Virus record (IMG/VR): IMGVR_UViG_3300049192_000018
Coordinates: 1-35,454 of that record
Length of the DNA stretch: 35,454 nt
Source: a virus
Taxonomy: Duplodnaviria; Caudoviricetes
Reading direction: 5' to 3' (one strand)
A program made the translations under genes and the position numbers. The first letter of the stretch is position 1. Each line of letters begins with the position of its first letter. Of the stretch, positions 1-8,734 are shown piece by piece. The notes below the pieces were generated by a model. That model was not told the origin of the DNA. It worked only from the letters and a program-made list of their open reading frames with translations, and did not search any database.

Positions 1-1148
1 AGGAAGGCGCGAACGCAGCCGAAACCCTGGCGAACGTCATCGGTGGCGTGGACAGCAACACCGGCCAATACCTGGGCCTGCAGGCGTTGCTGGCTGCGAA
101 GGCCATCACCGGCCAGCAGCCGCGCATCCTGATCGCGCCAGGCTTCACGCATGAGCGTGTGACCGGTGGCGTTATCTCCCTGGCTGGCGCTAACGGCAGC
201 GGCTACACCGATGGCGTCTATGTCATCAACGCGACTGGCGGCACTGGCGGCACTGGCGGCAAAGCACGCATCACCATCACTGGCGGCGCAATCTCCAAGC
301 GCGAAGTGATCGAAAGCGGCAGCGGCTACACCGCAGCGCCGACGTTCACCCTGACAGGCGCTGGCAGCGGCACTGGCGCAACCATCGTCGCAACCATCGG
401 CACCGCTGGCAACGCCGTTGTAGCCGAACTGATCGGCATCGCTGACCGCCTGCGCGCCGTGATCTTCGCAGACGGCCCGAACACCACCGACGCGGCGGCC
501 ATCGCTTACGCTGGCGACTTCGGCAGCAAGCGCGTGTACGTGATCGACCCTAAAGTGGTGAAGTCCGAAAATGGCGCACTGGTCAACCAGTACGCAAGCG
601 CTGGCGCTGCAGGCATCCAGGCCCGCATCGACAACGAACAGGGCTTCTGGTGGAGTCCATCCAACCAGCTGTTTAACGGCATCGTCGGCACCGCTCGCGC
701 AATCGACTTCGCGCTGGACGACGCGAACAGCCGCGCCAACCTGCTGAACGAAGCGAACGTGGCCACCATCGTGCGCGAAGACGGCTACCGCCTGTGGGGC
801 AACCGCACGCTGTCCGATGACCCGAAATGGCAATTCCTGTGCGTTGTGCGCAGCGCCGACATCATCAACGACAGCATCCTGCGCGCGCACCGCTGGGCCG
901 TGGATCGCGGCATCACGAAAAACTACGTGACCGAAGTCGTGGAGAGCGTGAACGCCTACCTGCGCAGCCTGGTGGCAATCGGCGCGATCCTGGGCGGCAA
1001 GTGCTGGGCAGACCCGGACCTGAACACGGCGCAGAACATCGCAAACGGCCACGTGTACTTCGATTTCGATTTCACCCCAGTGTACCCGGCTGAACACATC
1101 ACGTTCCGTAGCCACCTGGTGGGCGACTACATCAAGGAGATTTTCTAA
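1..1148 (+). CDS. Contractile tail sheath protein (P2 gpFI-like), 5'-truncated by window
   Basis: Frame is open upstream of 48 to the window edge; PRILIAPGF, GFWWSPSN, GYRLWGNRT and DFTPVYPAEHITF sheath motifs; followed by tube gene. Confidence 0.95.
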   Translation, partial: EGANAAETLANVIGGVDSNTGQYLGLQALLAAKAITGQQPRILIAPGFTHERVTGGVISLAGANGSGYTDGVYVINATGGTGGTGGKARITITGGAISKREVIESGSGYTAAPTFTLTGAGSGTGATIVATIGTAGNAVVAELIGIADRLRAVIFADGPNTTDAAAIAYAGDFGSKRVYVIDPKVVKSENGALVNQYASAGAAGIQARIDNEQGFWWSPSNQLFNGIVGTARAIDFALDDANSRANLLNEANVATIVREDGYRLWGNRTLSDDPKWQFLCVVRSADIINDSILRAHRWAVDRGITKNYVTEVVESVNAYLRSLVAIGAILGGKCWADPDLNTAQNIANGHVYFDFDFTPVYPAEHITFRSHLVGDYIKEIF

Positions 1149-1655
1149 ATGACCGCACGCGACGTTCGCAAAAATTTCAATCTGTTCGTTGACGGTCGCG
1201 GCTACGCTGGCCAGGTGAACAACGTCAACCCACCAAAGCTGACGAAGAAGACCGAAGAATTCCGGGGCGGCGGCATGAACGCGCCCATCAAGCTGGGCAT
1301 GGGCATGGAAGCCATGGATGCTGATTTCTCCATGATCCAGTTCAGCAAGGACGTGCTGTCGCTGTTCGGACTGGCTGAAGGCCAGTACGTCCCGATCACG
1401 CTGCGCGAAAACCTGGAAAGCTACGACGGCACCGAAACGGCAGTGACGCACGTTTTCCGTGGCCAGATCACCGAGATTGACCAGGGCACCGTGGAAGCTG
1501 GCACGAAGCCTGAAATCAAAATCAGCATGAACCTGAACTACTACCGCCTGCAGCATGGCGACGATGTGGTTCAGGAAATCGACATCATCAACATGATTCA
1601 CATCGTGGATGGTGTGGACGTGATGGCAACCCAGCGCGCAAACCTGGGCATGTAA
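1149..1655 (+). CDS. Tail tube protein (P2 gpFII-like)
   Basis: NFNLFVDG..Y.G, PKLT.KTEEFRGGGM, EIDIINMIHIVDGVD; RBS AAGGAG; directly after sheath. Confidence 0.95.
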   Translation: MTARDVRKNFNLFVDGRGYAGQVNNVNPPKLTKKTEEFRGGGMNAPIKLGMGMEAMDADFSMIQFSKDVLSLFGLAEGQYVPITLRENLESYDGTETAVTHVFRGQITEIDQGTVEAGTKPEIKISMNLNYYRLQHGDDVVQEIDIINMIHIVDGVDVMATQRANLGM

Positions 1656-1709
1656 TCGACAAAGACGGGCCGCACATGACGGCTCGCAATTAAATTCAAT
1701 AGGCGAGAA

Positions 1710-1982
1710 ATGAGCAACAAAAACGTGAAGTATGGCGAAGGCTTTGCAGACATCACCCTGTCGCGTGATTTCGACCTGGGCGGCACGAAAATCAAAGCGC
1801 TGCGCATGCGCGAACCGACCGTGAAGGACCAGCGCGTTGCGTTTAAGTCGTCCGAAGACATGGGCGAGCGCGAAGCGGCAATTTTCCAAAACCTGTGCGA
1901 GATTGCGCCTAGCGATCTGGATCGGCTGCCATTGAAAGACTACGCGCGCCTGCAGGACGCCTACTCGGGTTTTTTCGACTAA
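1710..1982 (+). CDS. Tail assembly chaperone (gpE-like)
   Basis: LRMREPTVKD and L..LPLKDY..LQ.AY..F motifs; lies between tube and tape measure genes. Confidence 0.9.
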   Translation: MSNKNVKYGEGFADITLSRDFDLGGTKIKALRMREPTVKDQRVAFKSSEDMGEREAAIFQNLCEIAPSDLDRLPLKDYARLQDAYSGFFD

Positions 1983-2113
1983 GTGAAGACTACTGCCTGG
2001 ACGGCATCCTGGCGCTGGCATCGCACACCGGATGGGCAGAAGCAGAAATTTTAGCCATGCCGACTTCGCGGTTCATGGATTACCTGAAGCGCTTGAAAAA
2101 ACTGAATGGCTAA
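1970..2113 (+). CDS. gpE+E'-like extension made by -1 programmed frameshift
   Basis: Slippery GGGTTTTTTC at 1967-1976 just before the stop; -1 frame reads RLSEDYCLDGILALASHTGWAEAEILAMPTSRFMDYLKRLKKLNG*, typical of P2 gpE' family; not in ORF track. Confidence 0.85.
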   Translation, partial: FFRLSEDYCLDGILALASHTGWAEAEILAMPTSRFMDYLKRLKKLNG

Positions 2114-4196
2114 TAAGCGTTTAAACACTACGATCACCATCGGCGGGACCGTCAGCAGCACATTGCGTGCTGCTGTCGGCTCCACCACGTCGATGATGCG
2201 CGATCTTGGCAACAGCATCCGCGACCTGGACAAGCGCCAGCGCCTGCTGGGCAACAGCATCCAGACGTTCGGCAAGATGGGCAAGAGCGTTGACGGCCTG
2301 CGCCAGAAGTACGCCGACACCATCCAAACCATCGACAAGCTGCGCACCGCACAGAAGCGACTTGCTGATGCCGAAGCAAAGCACGCCCGCATAAACTCGC
2401 GGGCTGGAGCCGTGCGCAATGCAGGCGTCGGCGTAACCGTCGCTGGCGGCGCACTAGTTGCTTCCGCTGTGCCAGGCGTGAAGGAAGCGAAGCACTATCA
2501 GACCGAACAGGCGCGCGTAACCGCGCTGGGTATGGGCGCAGCAACGAACGAACAGGCATTCAAGTTCGTCAAGGACATGAAGACGTTCGGCACCAGCCAG
2601 CTGGAAAACATGGAACTGATGCGCGACGGCCTGAGCGTGTTTGCTGACTTGCACCACGCCGAAATGGTTGCGCCGCTGCTGTCCAAGATGAAGTTTGCGA
2701 ACAAGGCAGTATTTGGCGTTGAGCGCGGCGAGCAGCAAAGCCAGCAGTTCATGGACATGCTGAAGGTTATCGAGACACGCGGCGGCCTGAAGTCCGAAGC
2801 GGAATTCAGCAAGCAGGCAAACATCATCCAGCAGGTTATCAGCGCCACTGGTGGCCGCGTCAGCGCGACCGAATGGCGGCACATGCTGGCCACTGGCGGA
2901 CTGGCAGGCAAGAGCATGGACAGCGAAGCGCTGTTCTACACGTTCGAACACCTGGTGCAGGAAATGGGCGGCGACCGCGCAGGCACCGGCCTGAATTCGC
3001 TTTATAAGTCGCTGTATCAGGGCGTTGCGAAAAAGCGTTCCGTGCTGAACCTGGAGCGCTTCGGCCTGATCGGCGACAAAACCAAAGTGAAGCACGACAA
3101 GGCGGGCCAGGTATCGAGCATGGAGCCAGGCGCGCTGCTTGGGTCCGACCTGTTCCGCGCCAATCCGTTCGAATGGATGGAAAAGGTGCTGCTGCCGCAG
3201 TTGGCAAAAAAGGGCATCACAGACGAAAAGCAAGTCATCGACACCATCGGCATGATTGTGTCGAACAGCGTCGGCGGTTCGTTCCTGGCTGAAATGTATC
3301 GCCAGCGAGAGAACATCCACCGCGCACGCGACCGCAATAAGGGCGCGCAGAACATCGATCAGCTGTATGGCGAGGGCAAAAACAGCGCGAGCGGCAAGGA
3401 ACTGGAAGCCGAAGCGAAGCTGGCCGACGCCAAGCTGAAAATGGGCAACGAGATTTTGCCGCTGTACACCGCTGCGCTTGAAAAGGGCGCTGAAGCGCTG
3501 AAGACGTTCAACGAGTTTGCGGAAAAGCACGGCACGCTGGTGAAGATTGCAGCAGTCGGCATCACCGGCCTGGGCGCTGCCCTGGTCGTGCTGGGTCCAG
3601 TCCTGACCGTAGCAGCTGGCGGCATGAGCCTTTACGCATCGCTGCAGCTGCGCACGGCTGCGGCAGCTGTGGCGTCTACCACCGCCATCACGGCGCAGAC
3701 GACTGCCATCACCGCGCAGGGCGTAGCGGCGACGACGACGGGCGGAGCACTGGCCGCCATGGCGAAGCGTGCGCTGGCTGTGCTGGCCGTGGCCAACGTT
3801 GCAGACTATGCCGCTGGCAAATTCGGCGTGGGCGGAAAGGCCATCAACCAGTCTCAGGATGATGCGAACTGGAACAGCATGAACTGGTGGCAGAAGATTG
3901 AATCTGGCACCGCACGCGGAATTGAGGGCGTCGGCGGCTTCATCGGCATGTCGAATATGGCGAACGAAGCGCAGGCCAAGCGCATCGCCAAGGAAACCGA
4001 ATACCTGCGCGCGAATGGCCAGCTGCCAGCCCTGCGCGGCGCTGCTTCCACTGGTGCTGGCGCGCCAAATATCAACAACGAATTCAACATCACGCAACAG
4101 CCTGGCGAATCGCAAGAACAGCTGGCGCGACGCATCGCGGACATGATTAAGCGCGACGCCGCCGTTCAGCAGCGTGGATCACTTACGGACCATTAA
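2106..4196 (+). CDS. Tape measure protein
   Basis: 696 aa, Ala/Gly-rich helical, hydrophobic segment near aa 480-510, position after chaperones. Confidence 0.92.
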   Translation: MANKRLNTTITIGGTVSSTLRAAVGSTTSMMRDLGNSIRDLDKRQRLLGNSIQTFGKMGKSVDGLRQKYADTIQTIDKLRTAQKRLADAEAKHARINSRAGAVRNAGVGVTVAGGALVASAVPGVKEAKHYQTEQARVTALGMGAATNEQAFKFVKDMKTFGTSQLENMELMRDGLSVFADLHHAEMVAPLLSKMKFANKAVFGVERGEQQSQQFMDMLKVIETRGGLKSEAEFSKQANIIQQVISATGGRVSATEWRHMLATGGLAGKSMDSEALFYTFEHLVQEMGGDRAGTGLNSLYKSLYQGVAKKRSVLNLERFGLIGDKTKVKHDKAGQVSSMEPGALLGSDLFRANPFEWMEKVLLPQLAKKGITDEKQVIDTIGMIVSNSVGGSFLAEMYRQRENIHRARDRNKGAQNIDQLYGEGKNSASGKELEAEAKLADAKLKMGNEILPLYTAALEKGAEALKTFNEFAEKHGTLVKIAAVGITGLGAALVVLGPVLTVAAGGMSLYASLQLRTAAAAVASTTAITAQTTAITAQGVAATTTGGALAAMAKRALAVLAVANVADYAAGKFGVGGKAINQSQDDANWNSMNWWQKIESGTARGIEGVGGFIGMSNMANEAQAKRIAKETEYLRANGQLPALRGAASTGAGAPNINNEFNITQQPGESQEQLARRIADMIKRDAAVQQRGSLTDH

Positions 4197-4199
4197 ACC

Positions 4200-5084
4200 A
4201 TGAGCGACATCATGATGCGCCTGGGTTCCTTCGGCTTCGGTATCACCACTGCCGCTTACCAGGAACTTCAGCGCAGGACAGCATACAAGTGGGCCAGCAA
4301 TGAGCGCTTCGGACAGGACGACGCGCTGCAGGCTACCGGCTATGGCGCGGACACGATTTCGCTGCCTGGTGTGATCTATCCTGAATTCTTCAGCGGCACC
4401 GAACAAGTGAACGAACTGCGCGACCTGGCCGCGCAGCTGGAGCCGCAAACGCTGATCGATGGGCGCGGCAACATGCTGGGCCAGTGGGTAATCGAAGAAG
4501 TCGAGGAGCGTGGAACGATCTTCGGGCCGCAGGGCGTCGCACTTAAGCAGGAATTCACGCTAAGCCTGCGGCGCTACCAGGACGACGGCGAAGACTTTGG
4601 AAATGCAATCGAGGTAGTCACAAGCGCCATTCCAGTGCCCAGCGCGCTGTCGAGCGCAACGCAGGCGGCTTCGTCAGCAGCGAAAGGAACGACCAGCCTT
4701 GTGTCCAGCCTGACGAGTGCAGTGTCAACCATCACCGGCATGGCTGGCGTAATCGGCGCGCAGGCATCCAGCATCAACGCTGCTGTGCGCAACGGCCTGA
4801 ATGCCGCCAAACGCCTGCAGAACGGCGGGAGCGATGCTTTGCGCATGCTGTCTGGCGTGAAGTCGATTACCAGCATTCCAAGCGCCATGAACAGCCTGGT
4901 GAATGTGGGCGGCGAAGTGTCGCGCGCTGCTGGCGCTGCATCTGGCGTTCTGAAACTGGCGAACATCGCCGACCAGACGGCTGCAAGCGCAGTGCGCAAC
5001 GCCATGATCGATATCAATCGCGTGAACGTGCTGGCCGTCAGCGTCCGCACCAGCGCGCAATCCGTACTGAAGAAAGGCGGCTGA
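4200..5084 (+). CDS. P2 gpU-like tail protein with long Ala/Ser-rich C-terminal extension
   Basis: MM.LG.F.F....AAYQEL.R...W, ISLPGVIYP, G.WVIE.VEE, EFTLSL.RY in first ~126 aa. Confidence 0.88.
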   Translation: MSDIMMRLGSFGFGITTAAYQELQRRTAYKWASNERFGQDDALQATGYGADTISLPGVIYPEFFSGTEQVNELRDLAAQLEPQTLIDGRGNMLGQWVIEEVEERGTIFGPQGVALKQEFTLSLRRYQDDGEDFGNAIEVVTSAIPVPSALSSATQAASSAAKGTTSLVSSLTSAVSTITGMAGVIGAQASSINAAVRNGLNAAKRLQNGGSDALRMLSGVKSITSIPSAMNSLVNVGGEVSRAAGAASGVLKLANIADQTAASAVRNAMIDINRVNVLAVSVRTSAQSVLKKGG

Positions 5085-5293
5085 TGGCCACCTACACCAC
5101 GAAGGCGGGCGAAACCGTCGATTACATCGTATGGAAATACTACGGTGCGCAGGATAACCGCGCCGTCGAACAGGTGCTGGCAGCGAATCCTGGACTGGCA
5201 GACAACGGCCCTGAACTGCCTGCTGGCCTAAACATCGAACTGCCGACGCTGGAAGCGCCGACCGTCAAGCCTGGGCTGAAGCTATGGGATTGA
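5084..5293 (+). CDS. P2 gpX-like tail protein (LysM-like)
   Basis: GETVDYIVWKYYG, VL.ANPGLA..GP.LPAG, C-terminal LWD. Confidence 0.93.
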   Translation: MATYTTKAGETVDYIVWKYYGAQDNRAVEQVLAANPGLADNGPELPAGLNIELPTLEAPTVKPGLKLWD

Positions 5294-6315
5294 TGGCAAC
5301 GTTCAAAGTCGTGGCGAACGATGCCGACATCACGGCAGCCATCGCTTCGCGCTTCATTTCCATGTCGCTGACGGACGAAACCGGCATCACGTCCGACATG
5401 CTGGAAATCGTCCTGGACGACAGCGGCGAGCCGATACAGCGTCCGCCGAAAGGCGCGGAATTGGAAGTGTCGCTTGGCTACGACGGCGAGGCGCAGCCCA
5501 TGGGCATGTTCGTGGTGGACGAAATAGAATACAGCGGCTGGCCGTCGCAAATGGTCATCAGGGCGCGCGGGGCAATCTTCGACAAGACGCCGAAGGGCAA
5601 AGCGAACCTGCAGAGCCAGAAGACGCGCAGCTGGCCGTCGAACACGAAGCTGGCCGACATGGTTTCGAAGATCGCGAAAGAACACGGCATGGAACCAGCC
5701 GTTGCGGCGTCGCTGAAATCAATTGTGCTGCCGCATATCGACCAGTCCGACGAAAGCGACTTGAACCTGCTGGTGCGCATCGGGAAGAACTACGACGCCA
5801 TCGTGAAACCTGCGAACGGCAAGCTGGTGCTGGCCAAGCGCGGCGAATCGAAGTCCGTAGGCGGCCAGACCCTGGCCAGCCTGTCGCTGACATCGAACGA
5901 TGACATTTCGCGCTTCCGCGTGCTTGAAACTGCGCGCGATAGTTCCGGCACCGTCGTGGCCTATTACCACAAGGTGAAGCAGGCCAAGCGCCACGAAGTG
6001 AAGGTGGGCAGCGGCGAACCAGTCACCAGGATGAAGCGCTATTTCCCGACGCAGGACATGGCCCTGGCCGCTGCGAAGGCAGAACTGGCGAAGCGCGACC
6101 GCAAGAAATCCACCCTGTCGCTGACCATGCCAGGCCGACCAGATGCCGCCGCTGAAAGCCCGCTGACCATGATCGGATTCCGCGATGGCGTGGACGGCGA
6201 ATGGATCGTGACGCGCGTTTCGCACCGGCTGGACAAGTCAGGCGGCTACACATGCGACCTGGAAGCGGAAACGCCGACTGAAGGCGGCGCGTCAGTCGAA
6301 GATGAAGCCGAGTGA
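5293..6315 (+). CDS. P2 gpD-like baseplate hub / late control D protein
   Basis: LTD..G..SD.LEI.LDD, LGY, F.VDEIE.SG, HIDQ..ESD.N.L.R; start placed at TGATG overlap with X. Confidence 0.93.
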   Translation: MATFKVVANDADITAAIASRFISMSLTDETGITSDMLEIVLDDSGEPIQRPPKGAELEVSLGYDGEAQPMGMFVVDEIEYSGWPSQMVIRARGAIFDKTPKGKANLQSQKTRSWPSNTKLADMVSKIAKEHGMEPAVAASLKSIVLPHIDQSDESDLNLLVRIGKNYDAIVKPANGKLVLAKRGESKSVGGQTLASLSLTSNDDISRFRVLETARDSSGTVVAYYHKVKQAKRHEVKVGSGEPVTRMKRYFPTQDMALAAAKAELAKRDRKKSTLSLTMPGRPDAAAESPLTMIGFRDGVDGEWIVTRVSHRLDKSGGYTCDLEAETPTEGGASVEDEAE

Positions 6316-6359
6316 GACATTATTATTGTGGACGATTTCGCGTGATTACTTTTCTGGCA

Positions 6360-6624
6360 GGGCACCCTGTGGGGCACCCTGAGTTTTAAGCATCAAGCGA
6401 TTTGCTGTGTAAGTCGTTGATTTTATTGGAGCGGGTGAAGGGAATCGAACCCTCGTATTCAGCTTGGAAGGCTGCTTGCGCCCTATAATCGGCTATAATT
6501 TGGCATCACGGCATCTAACAGCATGCCGTTGATTCACAACGACAATTTGACCTAGCGGGGCAAAACTGCAATGCCTTCAAAGGGCGGTCACTTTGCCGCC
6601 TGGGGCACCCTGAAGGGCACCCTG
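6360..6624. mobile_element. attP: tRNA-derived core flanked by paired integrase arm-type sites
   Basis: GGGCACCCTG at 6360, 6372, 6603 and 6615 (two pairs, 12-bp period) flanking a tRNA 3' half; IHF consensus TAAGTCGTTGATT at 6410-6422; adjacent to integrase. Confidence 0.9.
6427..6474 (-). tRNA. 3' half of tRNA-Gly(TCC) (att core; not a complete tRNA)
   Basis: Minus strand CAGC-CTTCCAA-GCTG-AATAC-GAGGG-TTCGATT-CCCTT-CACCCGC-T-CCA: anticodon arm, T arm, acceptor 3' strand and CCA; no D arm or 5' acceptor strand. Confidence 0.92.
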
Positions 6625-6650
6625 AACCACCAATAACAGAGGGGCATGCA

Positions 6651-7931
6651 GTGCTTACGAAGACACAAATTGATGCCGCGATACGCGACTGCCAGGGCGA
6701 AACCGTGCTGAACGACGGCAACAGGAACAAGGGCGAAGGCAGCCTGCGGCTGCGCATCCGCAAGACCGGCAAGGGCACCACGGCGACCTGGTTCGCGCAC
6801 TGGAAGAAGGAAGGCGAGCGCGGCAAAAAGCAGATCGGGTTCTATCCCGACATGACCCTGGCCGACGCCAGGACGAAGTTCGCCGACGACATCAGGCCAC
6901 TGGTGAAGTCGTCGCCGAAGCCGAAAGCTGCAATTGAATTCATCGGCGAAGCGCCTACCGTCGAAAACCTGTTCAAGAAATACGTAGCGCACCTGAAGGC
7001 GCGCGAAGCTGGCGCTGCTGGTCACGTCGAAAACGTTCTGCTGATCGGCAAGTACAACGCCGCCGACCAGCTGGGCCGCAGCAAGCTGGCGGGCGACGTG
7101 ACGCCAGCGGACATTCGCGCGCCGCTGACGGCAGCAGCCAAGCGCGGCGCACTGCGCACGGCAGACATTCAGCGCACCTACATGTCGTCAGCCTTCGGCT
7201 GGGCCATGAAGTCCACGAACGACTACACCCAGGAAGTGACATACGACTGGGGCATTCAGGTGAACCCAGTGATGGCCGTGCCGAAGGACAAGCGCGCGAG
7301 CAAGGAGCGCAACCGCAATCTATCTCCCGACGAAATGGCTGCTGTGTGGGCGGCGCTGACGGACGAAGGGTCCGGCGACTGCGCGCGCCTGGTGATGCTG
7401 TGCGGCCAGCGTGTGCAAGAAACCATCAAGGTGGACGGCTGCGAAGTCGATACGAAGCGCGCGCTGTGGACCATCCCAGCGCACAAGACGAAGGGCCGGA
7501 AGAAGCCGCACTTCATCCCCCTGCCCACCCAGGCGAACGAAATTTTCAAGCGCCTGAAGCGCTGGCACGGCGACGGCCCGCTGTTCCCAGCGCGCACAGG
7601 ATCGAAGGCCGAGCGCATGGGATTTTTGGCCGTGTCGCACCACATCGCATCGCTGGACTGCTGCGCGCCGTTCCAGGCACGCGATCTGCGTCGCACCTGG
7701 AAATCACGCATGGGCGACGGCGCGGGCGTTGACAGGTTCACGCGCGACCTGATCCAGCAGCACGCGAAGGGCGACACCGGCAGCCGCGTGTATGACCACG
7801 CTGACTATCTTCCGCAGATGCGGGCAGCGATGAAAAAGTGGGAAGCATGGTTTGAATCCAACGTGATAAAATCCGCACTACGATCACGACAAAAACGGAC
7901 AAATGCCAAGCCACAAGCCATTGCTGCCTAA
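6651..7931 (+). CDS. int: Tyrosine integrase with N-terminal arm-binding domain
   Basis: GxYP.MTLA.AR arm domain; CGQR..E, TK, RDLRRT, QH...VYD..DY catalytic pattern; beside attP. Confidence 0.95.
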   Translation: MLTKTQIDAAIRDCQGETVLNDGNRNKGEGSLRLRIRKTGKGTTATWFAHWKKEGERGKKQIGFYPDMTLADARTKFADDIRPLVKSSPKPKAAIEFIGEAPTVENLFKKYVAHLKAREAGAAGHVENVLLIGKYNAADQLGRSKLAGDVTPADIRAPLTAAAKRGALRTADIQRTYMSSAFGWAMKSTNDYTQEVTYDWGIQVNPVMAVPKDKRASKERNRNLSPDEMAAVWAALTDEGSGDCARLVMLCGQRVQETIKVDGCEVDTKRALWTIPAHKTKGRKKPHFIPLPTQANEIFKRLKRWHGDGPLFPARTGSKAERMGFLAVSHHIASLDCCAPFQARDLRRTWKSRMGDGAGVDRFTRDLIQQHAKGDTGSRVYDHADYLPQMRAAMKKWEAWFESNVIKSALRSRQKRTNAKPQAIAA

Positions 7932-8502
7932 GTCGGCAGCGAAAGAAAGAGGCATCCCCAGGTTCTTCACCGGCAAACCATGCGCACGCGGTCACGTTGC
8001 TGACCGCGTGACAGCATCCGGCAACTGTCTTGCCTGCCAGCGACTGGCGAATGCGGACCACTACACAAGGACGCTGAAGCGGCGCAGGCAAACAGAACTG
8101 AAGCCGCGAATTCTTGAGCAAGCGCGAGCGTACAACGCGCGAAACGCCGAGGCCATCAGCGAGAGGCGGCGCGAGCGATACGCGGCAAGGCGCGACGAAA
8201 TGATTGCGCGACGACGCGCCTACTACAGAAACAACCTTCCTGCGATAATCGCCACAAACCGGCGCATGATTGCCCGCAGGCTTCAGCGCATGCCGTCATG
8301 GTTGACCGACGACCAGGTGCGCGAAATCGTGGCCAAGTACCAACTGGCCGCCAAGCTGTCGATTGAAACCGGCATCAAGCACCACGTTGACCATATCGTG
8401 CCGCTGCAGGGGAAAACTGTAAGCGGCCTGCACGTACCATGGAATCTTCAGGTAATCCCCGCGCTAGATAATCTGCGCAAGAGCAATAAGCTGGCGGCGT
8501 GA
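7903..8502 (+). CDS. HNH endonuclease
   Basis: HHVDHIVPL...GLHVPWNLQVI..LDN..KSN; N-terminal FTGKPC..GH...C..C zinc motif; Arg-rich helical linker. Confidence 0.9.
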   Translation: MPSHKPLLPKSAAKERGIPRFFTGKPCARGHVADRVTASGNCLACQRLANADHYTRTLKRRRQTELKPRILEQARAYNARNAEAISERRRERYAARRDEMIARRRAYYRNNLPAIIATNRRMIARRLQRMPSWLTDDQVREIVAKYQLAAKLSIETGIKHHVDHIVPLQGKTVSGLHVPWNLQVIPALDNLRKSNKLAA

Positions 8503-8508
8503 TATAAT
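8500..8508 (+). promoter_or_regulatory. Extended -10 promoter
   Basis: Perfect TG-A-TATAAT overlapping the HNH stop codon. Confidence 0.65.
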
Positions 8509-8513
8509 CGCCG

Positions 8514-8696
8514 CATCTCACACCGATATGGCGACATATCACCCGCGCCACTTTCCAGATAGGACTGGGCGCAACGAAGGCACCAGAGAGGCGATGAAAA
8601 ACTGGTGCGCTGCCTGGCAACAGGTCACGCGGATAGCGTGGGTAACAGAATTCGATCCGTAGTAAGAAAAACCCGCCTTCGTGGCGGGTTTTTTGT
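8514..8696 (+). ncRNA. Candidate structured small RNA
   Basis: Five consecutive hairpins, two closed by GNRA loops (GCGA, GCAA), between an extended -10 and an intrinsic terminator. Confidence 0.55.
8667..8696. terminator. Bidirectional intrinsic terminator
   Basis: AAAAACCCGCC-TTCGT-GGCGGGTTTTTT between convergent units. Confidence 0.92.
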
Positions 8697-8734
8697 TGCT
8701 GCTGCGGGTTTTTATTGTGGTTCACCCGCACCAC

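Noticed and set aside
1227-1238. AACCCACCAAAG as a fifth promoter motif
   Set aside because: Mismatched, lies in a conserved tube-protein motif, and no A..T hexamer at the 20-nt offset
1667-1687. Terminator between tube and chaperone genes
   Set aside because: Hairpin present but no U-tract
2454-4115. 553-aa minus-strand ORF
   Set aside because: Antisense shadow of the tape measure gene in GC-rich DNA; no motifs
6427-6500. Complete tRNA-Gly gene
   Set aside because: Similarity stops at the anticodon stem; no D arm or 5' acceptor strand
7903-8502. IscB/Cas9-like RNA-guided nuclease
   Set aside because: 199 aa with no RuvC motifs or PLMP domain visible
8581-8588. CACCAGAG in the ncRNA matching the promoter motif
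   Set aside because: Only 8 nt and explained by a stem arm; chance match plausible
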